Source: Turneriella sp.
GTDB lineage: Bacteria; Spirochaetota; Leptospiria; Turneriellales; Turneriellaceae
Assembly (NCBI GenBank): GCA_965279515.1
Contig: CBDIID010000003.1
Coordinates: 2,176,001-2,240,000, forward strand
DNA length: 64,000 bases
Direction of reading: 5' to 3'
Below are positions 57,256-64,000 of this stretch, piece by piece. The notes beneath the pieces were generated by a model. The model did no database searches. It saw only the letters and a list, made by a program, of their open reading frames with translations, and was not told the DNA's origin. A program made the position numbers and the translations under genes. Within the stretch, counting starts at the first letter, position 1, and each line of letters begins with the position of its first letter.

Positions 57256-58866
57256 TTAGAAACTACTGCCCAGAAGTACGTCGTCGAGGTTGTCAATATC
57301 AAGCCAACCCGCGCGCGAAGTATAGACGACGCGCACTTCATGGCCTTTTTCAATCAGCGTGCGGATGAGATCAGACATGCGTAACGTATCGAACGATTTA
57401 TCTTTTTGCAGCTCTTTCAGAAGATTCTGCACGACTGCTGCGCCCTTTGCCGAAAGTTTGATAATGCCTGCCCACTCGCCATGCCGCTTGCCTTCAGCCA
57501 TGTCGTTGCCGATACCTGTCAGCAGCACTTCGTGATAAAATGATTTTGTCGATTGCGGTTCGCTGCAAGAAACATAATCCGCATAACGCGCCGAATTGCG
57601 GCTCGTCTGCCAGTCATAGTCAACGACGGCGACGATGTCTGCTTTTTCGTCGATGAGTTCCTGTGCGATATATTTCTTGAAGAGTACATCGCCATAAGAG
57701 ATAAAAGTTTCGCCTTCAATTTTGGCGATCGCCTTGGCGAGCGAGCTCAGCTCCTGGGTTTTCGCGAAATCATCATTATCGGCATAGGCGACATTCAAAA
57801 GATTAAATGCTTCTTTTTTATAACCACGCACCACGGTGACTTCTTTGACGCCGACTGCGCGGTAACTATCGATGATATGCTGCACCAGCGGTGTGCCGCC
57901 AATCGGCACCATCGCCTTGGGGATGTCCTTCGTCAGGTCGCCGAGCTCTTCGCCGCGCGATGCCGCGAGTACAATCGCGCCCGGCGCGGCGGTCGCCGGT
58001 AAATAACGTTTCTCAGCGTCTTCGAGCTCATCAGCGCCCTGGATGCGGAAGACTTCGCTGACCGAAGCCACTTTTTCTTCGACATTCAGCAGGTTCTGGT
58101 CTTTGAAGATCGTCGCAGCGGTGTGCTGCATCGCGGTGATGGCCGAGCGCATCAGGTGGTTTGCCCAGATGACGATTGAAAACTTATAATCACGGAAAAC
58201 TTCGGTAGGGGTTGCGTAGTATTTTGTCGGCACAATCACGACCGGCGCACGGTCACCCCACTCTTTTTTGAAGGCAAGAATTTCATCGGGTTTGCGCAGG
58301 GCACTGTGGATTAAAATCGCATCAGCACCTGCCTTGCGGTATGCTTCGGCGCGTTTGATCGCCTCATCGAGGCCCCAGCCGGCGATGAACGCTTCGACGC
58401 GTGCGACGATGACAAAATCTTTATCGGTCTGCGCGTCTTTGCCGGCGCTGATCTTGCCGCAGAATTCCTGGATTTCGGCAAGAGGTTGCTCTGAGCCTTT
58501 GATAAAACTGTTGGTCTTCGGAAAGAGTTTGTCCTCGATACAGACCCCGGCAACACCGCGCTGCTCGAGCTTTTTCACGAGGCGGCGCATCGAATTGAAG
58601 TTACCATAACCGGTATCACCATCGAGCAGAATCGGAATCGTCGTCGCGTCGCTCATAAACTCGGCAACTTCGAGTACCTGCGTCCAGCTGGCTTCGTTAT
58701 TGTCGCGTACGCCCATCTGCGCCGAAATGGAAAGTCCGCTTGCCCAAATGCCCTTAAAACCCGCTTCTTCGGCGATCTTGGCGCTCAGGCCATTGTGTGC
58801 CTCCATGAGGAATTCCACCTCGTTTGAGAGCAGCATATTCTTAAGGAGGGTTGTTTTCTTTGTCAT
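57256..58866 (-). CDS. aepX: Phosphoenolpyruvate mutase fused to a C-terminal nucleotidyltransferase domain
   Basis: [23 protein letters not shown] (PepM EDKx5NS); C-terminal VLAASRG...PKAMV...YGD...WLDID. Confidence 0.96.
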   Translation of the reverse strand: MTKKTTLLKNMLLSNEVEFLMEAHNGLSAKIAEEAGFKGIWASGLSISAQMGVRDNNEASWTQVLEVAEFMSDATTIPILLDGDTGYGNFNSMRRLVKKLEQRGVAGVCIEDKLFPKTNSFIKGSEQPLAEIQEFCGKISAGKDAQTDKDFVIVARVEAFIAGWGLDEAIKRAEAYRKAGADAILIHSALRKPDEILAFKKEWGDRAPVVIVPTKYYATPTEVFRDYKFSIVIWANHLMRSAITAMQHTAATIFKDQNLLNVEEKVASVSEVFRIQGADELEDAEKRYLPATAAPGAIVLAASRGEELGDLTKDIPKAMVPIGGTPLVQHIIDSYRAVGVKEVTVVRGYKKEAFNLLNVAYADNDDFAKTQELSSLAKAIAKIEGETFISYGDVLFKKYIAQELIDEKADIVAVVDYDWQTSRNSARYADYVSCSEPQSTKSFYHEVLLTGIGNDMAEGKRHGEWAGIIKLSAKGAAVVQNLLKELQKDKSFDTLRMSDLIRTLIEKGHEVRVVYTSRAGWLDIDNLDDVLLGSSF

Positions 58867-58930
58867 GAAGGGTCTGCGCGTGTTTGCGCTCAGAAACAGA
58901 GGGTCAAATTAAAAACGCCCGGCTTGACGC

Positions 58931-59476
58931 CTAGGTAAATTTGCCGCTATAAAAGATGAAATCGGTGACACCTGTGTCGATTCCATGCTGGGTGAGCAAT
59001 GTCGTCACCTGGCCCCGGTGGTGTGTCTGGTGGTTGAAAAAATGTGTGAGTACGTCGGCAAACGGCCGTGACATCTCTTCGCCGCGCGCATTCTTGTAAT
59101 GTAAAGTCGCCGCAAGTTTTTCGTCCGATAACCCGTCGCGAACCCAGGCGATCAGCGCCGTGTCGAGCGCGGTACGCTCTGCACCAAGATCCGCGAAATT
59201 TTCGTGAATCTGGTAGGCATGTTCGCCGGTTCGGCCTTCAATATTACGGGCAATCTCTTCTGAAAGTATGCCATAACCATGCCCGGCCCGGACAAACCGG
59301 CGCAGCCAGTTCTTGTCGGCCCAAAGAATATGATTGAGTGTGGCGTGGATAGATTTGAAGAACGCGCCTTGATCCTGCTTTCTTTGGTCATCCGTCAGCT
59401 TGGATGCTGCCGCATAGACGGCGGCGTTCATCACCTGGTTGTATTGACTCAACTTGGTGAGAACGCCGTGCAGCAA
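58931..59476 (-). CDS. DinB family protein
   Basis: YNQVMN, FFKSIHATLNHILWAD, HFFNHQTHHRGQ; TTG start right after the RND stop. Confidence 0.9.
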   Translation of the reverse strand: MLHGVLTKLSQYNQVMNAAVYAAASKLTDDQRKQDQGAFFKSIHATLNHILWADKNWLRRFVRAGHGYGILSEEIARNIEGRTGEHAYQIHENFADLGAERTALDTALIAWVRDGLSDEKLAATLHYKNARGEEMSRPFADVLTHFFNHQTHHRGQVTTLLTQHGIDTGVTDFIFYSGKFT

Positions 59477-59477
59477 A

Positions 59478-62400
59478 TTACTTCTTCTTGGCTTTTCGGG
59501 CTTTGCGCGCCGCTTGCGCCGCCTGAATTTCCGCTTCGATACTGCCGGTGGTCGCCATGGTAATGTGGGCGTCGTGGCCATAATTTCCAACCTGGGTCAT
59601 GTCATAATCCGGACGGAAACGTTTTTCAATCCATTCGCGTAGGCGGTCAATATAACCGAATACCGCCGGTACAAAGAAGAGCGTCATGATCGTCGAGAAC
59701 ACAAGCCCCCCGATGATGGCAATACCCATCGCAGTACGTTGTTTCGCCGCTTCACCGAGCCCCATCGCCAGAGGCAGTGTACCCGCGATCATCGCGAACG
59801 AGGTCATGAGAATCGGCCTGAGACGCGCCTTACCCGCTTCATAGATCGCGTCGTTGAGGCTCATACCTTTACGCACGCGCTGCAGCGCATAGTCGACCAA
59901 AAGGATCGAGTTCTTAGTCACAAGACCCATCAGCATGATCAAACCGATCATACTGAAAATATTCAGCTGCTCTCGGAAAATCGCGAGCGACACAAACGCG
60001 CCCGAGATCGCCGGAGGAATCGCCGTAATGATCGTGATCGGCGTGATGAACGACTCATAGAGCGAGGCGAGAACGAGGTAGATGAAAAGCAGAGCTAACC
60101 CGAAGGCGAGCAGGATATTCTCCATGAGTTCTTTTAAGTCCTCTGCCTGACCCCAGAAGACATAACGAACGCCTGGCGGGGGTTTGATTTTACCATCGAG
60201 CATTTTCTTGGCCTCGTCGACGGCGTTACCGATCGCACCGCCCGGCGCGAGGTTCGCGTGAATCTTGATGACGCGCGAGCGGTCTTGCCGCGAGATGTTC
60301 GACGGTCCCGCCTTAACCTCGCCTTTACCCAGAATGCTGAGCGGAATCGGGCGCGACGGCTGGCTCAGGTTCGGTACAAAACTTTTGGCGAACGATGTCT
60401 TCAAATCGCGCTGCTCTTCTTTGAGACGCATGCGGATATCGTACTCGAGGCCGTTATCGTAGAACTTGCCTACAACACCGCCCGCAACATGCAGGCGCAA
60501 TTCATTGCCCGCGGCTGAAGGACCGACACCGACCTGCTGCATGCGCTCCGGGTCAAGCTGCACCTGGAATTCTGGCTTACCGGTTTGGAAATCTGCCGAG
60601 ACATCGATGAGGTCTTTGATTGTCTTGAGTTCGGCCATGACGATCTGCGAATACTTGTCGAGTTCGTCGAGGTTCTCGCCCGTGACGTTCAGGTTCAGGG
60701 GATACTGCACGCCGCCACCGACGGCGCTGTAGTCGTTCACCGAGACTTTCGCGTAAGCGAGGTCTTTCAGCATATCGCGAGCGACGTCTTTGAGAAGCCA
60801 TGTTTCGCGCTTACGCCATTTGCGGTCGACAAGCACAACACCGAGCTCGCCCTTATTGGCAATCGCGGTATAGTTAGAGCCGGCAACCGAAGCGATGAGG
60901 TGCACTTCGGGCAGTTTGCGCAGGCGTGTCTCAATCTCTTCAGCCATTTTCTTAGAGCCTTCGAGACTGGTTCCAGGCGGCATTTCAAAATTCACAAGAA
61001 ATTCGGGCTGCGTGTTCGGCGGTAAGAAGGTTTTCTTTACCGCGCCGCAAGATGCACAGTTACCGAGCATGACGGCAACGGAGATGCCGACGGTGACCAG
61101 CGGACGGCGCAGCGTGAAGCGCATGATCGTCGAATATGTAGCTTCGAGCCAATCCTGGAATTTATTGAAGCCGCGGATAATGAAGTTCGGTTTACCATGC
61201 GCCGAACCACCGAAATAAGCGGAGAGCATCGGCGCTACGGTAATCGCATCAAAGAGCGAAATCGCCATCGCGAACACCACGGTAAGACCCAGCTGTCTCA
61301 GGAACTGGCCCACCATACCGGAGAGAAATCCGACAGGCAAGAACACCGCGATCACCGTCATCGTCGTCGCGATCACGGCGAGCAGAACCTCGGTGGTACC
61401 GGTTTCGGCGGCCTTTACCGGATGCTCACCCTCTTCCATCTTACGGAAGATGTTCTCGCGCACGACAATGGCATCGTCGACAAGTAGCCCTATCGACAGA
61501 GAAAGCGCCAGCAGCGTGATAACGTTGATGGTAAAACCCATCGCCAGCATGAGAATAAAGGCGCCCAGAAGCGAGTTCGGCAGCGCAAGGCCGGTAATAA
61601 TCGTCGAGCGCATATTTCCCAGGAAGAGATACACCACGAGAACCGCGAGCAGTACACCGATAATAATCGATTCTTTCACATCGTCGACGTTGATTTTAAT
61701 CCAGCGCGCGGTATTACGGATCAGAGCAATCTCAGGCGCGCCGGTGACTTTCTTGATTTCACCTTTCAGTTCGCGCAGTGCAACCCCGGTCTCATCAGAT
61801 TTCGGGCTGTTCTCGATCTGCTTTTGCAGCGCCTTCAACTTCGCGCTGATACTGGCGCTACCTTTGACGACCGCATCATCTTCAATCTTTTTGATCTGCG
61901 CGTTGACTTTCTCCGCCTTGTCGCCGTTGCGGAGCATTTCTTTGAGTATGTTGAGTTCGCGCAAAGCGGCGGGACGCAAATCTTCGTTGATCTTATCGAC
62001 GAGTTTCAGCGTGGCGTCCGCTACCGCGACGGTATTCGCGTTCGATTGTTTGTAGACGTCGACAAGCAGTGCGGGCTTGCGTTCGCGCACCATCTTCGTC
62101 TGGTCGATTTCCTTACCCTTGAGATCGACAGTATCTTCTTCGACGGGCAGGTAGAGAAAGGCTTTCGCCTTAGGATCTTCAACCCCGTCGGAAACTTTTG
62201 CGACGCGCTTCAAGAGCAGCGCGCTGCCGGCGTCGCCGCCGAAGGAAACAACGGTATTTTCAATCTGCTTGAGGCGCTCGAAGCGGCCCATGGTACGAAA
62301 CGCGATCTCTTTATCGCCGCTCTCTTTTTTACCGACCGGCACGTTCGCGCCATAAGAGCGCAGGTTATTCGCGATCCACGTCAATGTCATTTGGTTGGAG

Positions 62401-62978
62401 TTCAGGAGGTTACGGTCGACTTCGACCTGTACCTCACGCTTCTGCCCGCCGGAGATACGCACGGCACCGACACTCGGCACCTGCTCGAAGCGCGGTTTGA
62501 TGCGCTGGTCGACATAGTCATAGAGTTTTGATGAGGGCATATCGGCCGCAACGGAAAGGCGGATAATCGGCTGGTCTGCGGGGTCGAAGCGCTGTATGAG
62601 AGGATCATCGATGCCGTCGGGTAAATCACGCCGCACCTTACCGAGTTTGTTGCGAACCTGTTGCTCCGCTTCTTTGATATCTTGCCCGAGATAGAACTCG
62701 CACATGACGATCGAAACACCTTCCTGGTTGTCTGAGCTCACGCGCTTGAGGCCTGAAATCGACGAAACCTCTTCTTCGATTTTTTTAGAAATCAGGGTCT
62801 CAATTTCTTCAGGACCAGCGCCTGAGTAGGTTGTCATGATGGTAATAAAGGGGATATTCACATCGGGGAAAAGGTCAACGCCGATACGTTTCAGCGAGAC
62901 ATATCCGGTGGAGAGCATGAGGATGACTAAACTGGCGACAAAAATCGGGCGCTTAATCGAAAACGCGGCTATATTCAT
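59478..62978 (-). CDS. RND efflux transporter permease (AcrB/AcrD/AcrF family)
   Basis: SIKRPIF, GLLVDDAIVVREN, GLVTKNSILLVD, RLRPILMT. Confidence 0.95.
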   Translation of the reverse strand: MNIAAFSIKRPIFVASLVILMLSTGYVSLKRIGVDLFPDVNIPFITIMTTYSGAGPEEIETLISKKIEEEVSSISGLKRVSSDNQEGVSIVMCEFYLGQDIKEAEQQVRNKLGKVRRDLPDGIDDPLIQRFDPADQPIIRLSVAADMPSSKLYDYVDQRIKPRFEQVPSVGAVRISGGQKREVQVEVDRNLLNSNQMTLTWIANNLRSYGANVPVGKKESGDKEIAFRTMGRFERLKQIENTVVSFGGDAGSALLLKRVAKVSDGVEDPKAKAFLYLPVEEDTVDLKGKEIDQTKMVRERKPALLVDVYKQSNANTVAVADATLKLVDKINEDLRPAALRELNILKEMLRNGDKAEKVNAQIKKIEDDAVVKGSASISAKLKALQKQIENSPKSDETGVALRELKGEIKKVTGAPEIALIRNTARWIKINVDDVKESIIIGVLLAVLVVYLFLGNMRSTIITGLALPNSLLGAFILMLAMGFTINVITLLALSLSIGLLVDDAIVVRENIFRKMEEGEHPVKAAETGTTEVLLAVIATTMTVIAVFLPVGFLSGMVGQFLRQLGLTVVFAMAISLFDAITVAPMLSAYFGGSAHGKPNFIIRGFNKFQDWLEATYSTIMRFTLRRPLVTVGISVAVMLGNCASCGAVKKTFLPPNTQPEFLVNFEMPPGTSLEGSKKMAEEIETRLRKLPEVHLIASVAGSNYTAIANKGELGVVLVDRKWRKRETWLLKDVARDMLKDLAYAKVSVNDYSAVGGGVQYPLNLNVTGENLDELDKYSQIVMAELKTIKDLIDVSADFQTGKPEFQVQLDPERMQQVGVGPSAAGNELRLHVAGGVVGKFYDNGLEYDIRMRLKEEQRDLKTSFAKSFVPNLSQPSRPIPLSILGKGEVKAGPSNISRQDRSRVIKIHANLAPGGAIGNAVDEAKKMLDGKIKPPPGVRYVFWGQAEDLKELMENILLAFGLALLFIYLVLASLYESFITPITIITAIPPAISGAFVSLAIFREQLNIFSMIGLIMLMGLVTKNSILLVDYALQRVRKGMSLNDAIYEAGKARLRPILMTSFAMIAGTLPLAMGLGEAAKQRTAMGIAIIGGLVFSTIMTLFFVPAVFGYIDRLREWIEKRFRPDYDMTQVGNYGHDAHITMATTGSIEAEIQAAQAARKARKAKKK

Positions 62979-63013
62979 AAATTACAAATTAATCACTGCG
63001 GACGATTTTGACC

Positions 63014-63035
63014 AAAAAATTAACCAAACGGTTAA
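63014..63035. promoter_or_regulatory. Palindromic operator-like site upstream of the RND permease
   Basis: Minus strand reads TTAACCGTTTGGTTAATTTTTT, identical to 24941-24962. Confidence 0.75.
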
Positions 63036-63071
63036 ACCACTCGGTAAAAAATTTAGCCTGAGTGTATGCGT

Positions 63072-63174
63072 CAGGGATGCGTAGGGCCTGGTCGGCGCGC
63101 AGATGCCATCCATGGCAGCGCCGACCGAAGCGCAGCGGAGCCCGGAGCAGCCCGACCCGAAGGGGGACGCCCTG
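63072..63174. repeat. Structured intergenic palindromic element
   Basis: GGTCGGCGC/GCGCCGACC stem, TGCCAT-CC-ATGGCA hairpin, CAGGG/CCCTG ends. Confidence 0.6.
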
Positions 63175-63945
63175 TTAAATATCTAAAGGAGCAATTTTAG
63201 GCGGCAGGGGCAGCCTGAATGGTTTCAGCGGTGCCTTGCCTTTTTCAACATAGGTACCCATGCCGTTGGGTACGGCGACGGTGACCTTCTGCGCCGAGAC
63301 ATCCACCTGGCCCTCATGGCAGGCAAGGCCGGTGTCTTTTTTAGACGCGCTGAGTTCGAAGACCGTGCCGCGCACAGCAGCGACGGCGGATGGCGTGCGG
63401 ATCGCCATTTGGCCACCGGACTTGCGCATGTTTTCAACCTGCGCCTGCAGACGGCCTTCTTGCAGAGTGAAGATCGTGTCTTTGCTGTTTTTATCGACTT
63501 TATTTACAATAATGAAAGTTTCGGGTTGCAGGCGCAATATCGTCATGTTCGAGAGCTGCAGGTGCACGGACGACAGCGGGCCTGTCTTGACCTGGTCTTC
63601 GGAATAGAGGCCGAGTTTGATCATCACTTCTTTCCAGGAGTTTTCTTGCGCGCGCGCATACTGCGCCTTGCCGGATTTATAGATCACAACCGCCGCCGGT
63701 TTTTTGCCGAGGCTGGCCGGCACCTTGAGTTTCATGCCGGGTTGGATGAGGTTGGGGTTCGCGACCTTGTTGTATTTCAAGAGGGCCGGCCACTGGCTTG
63801 GGTCTTCGAGGTATTTTTTGGAAATTTTGGAGAGCGTGTCGCCGCGTTTGACTTCAATTACCTGCAATTTTTCTTCTTCGGTTTGGGCGGCGAGGCCCGC
63901 GGAAAACACCAGGGCGAGACAAAAAAGCGGTATGGAATATTTCAT
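63175..63945 (-). CDS. LysM and FecR domain protein
   Basis: Signal peptide; VKRGDTLSKIS...NPNLIQPG (LysM); VKTG...TPSAVAAVRGT.F (FecR). Confidence 0.9.
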   Translation of the reverse strand: MKYSIPLFCLALVFSAGLAAQTEEEKLQVIEVKRGDTLSKISKKYLEDPSQWPALLKYNKVANPNLIQPGMKLKVPASLGKKPAAVVIYKSGKAQYARAQENSWKEVMIKLGLYSEDQVKTGPLSSVHLQLSNMTILRLQPETFIIVNKVDKNSKDTIFTLQEGRLQAQVENMRKSGGQMAIRTPSAVAAVRGTVFELSASKKDTGLACHEGQVDVSAQKVTVAVPNGMGTYVEKGKAPLKPFRLPLPPKIAPLDI

Positions 63946-64000
63946 ATAACCTCTGGCGAGCGTTTCTTTAATAGACGCAGGGTCACGCAAAAATACGACA

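Noticed and set aside
54007..58866. Phosphonate antibiotic cluster
   Set aside because: No tailoring, ATP-grasp or NRPS genes; the CDP-alcohol transferase points to a lipid or surface product
59477..59590. N-terminal extension of DinB
   Set aside because: Lies inside the RND permease C-terminus
1..64000. CRISPR array, tRNA/rRNA, IS, integrase, prophage or recognised defence system
   Set aside because: None recognised by eye; dedicated scans were not possible

Overview
A gene-dense bacterial chromosomal window of about 55 CDS. I saw no rRNA, tRNA, CRISPR array, transposase or prophage. The gene repertoire (LIC_13387-like protein, TRL-like lipoproteins, 7TM-DISM hybrid kinase, membrane SpoIIE phosphatase, LysM-FecR protein, stand-alone flgG-like gene) suggests a Leptospiraceae spirochaete, possibly Turneriella-like; this is an inference. 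The main finding is a tightly coupled phosphonate operon at 54007-58866: PEP mutase fused to a nucleotidyltransferase, phosphonopyruvate decarboxylase, 2-AEP transaminase and a CDP-alcohol phosphotransferase. This predicts a 2-aminoethylphosphonate phosphonolipid. A PAP2 phosphatase and an LtaS/EptA-superfamily transferase flank it and could extend it into a surface-decoration pathway. Other notable signals are: an identical 22-bp operator-like motif upstream of an orphan tolC and an orphan RND permease about 38 kb apart; a perfect 34-bp palindrome holding two overlapping divergent sigma70 promoters at a TetR locus; three highly structured intergenic palindromic elements; and a DEAD-box helicase with an RNase E-like amphipathic segment, heading a WbaP/GT2/O-antigen-ligase operon. 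Start codons were refined by eye and are approximate. All family calls come from motif recognition, not database searches.
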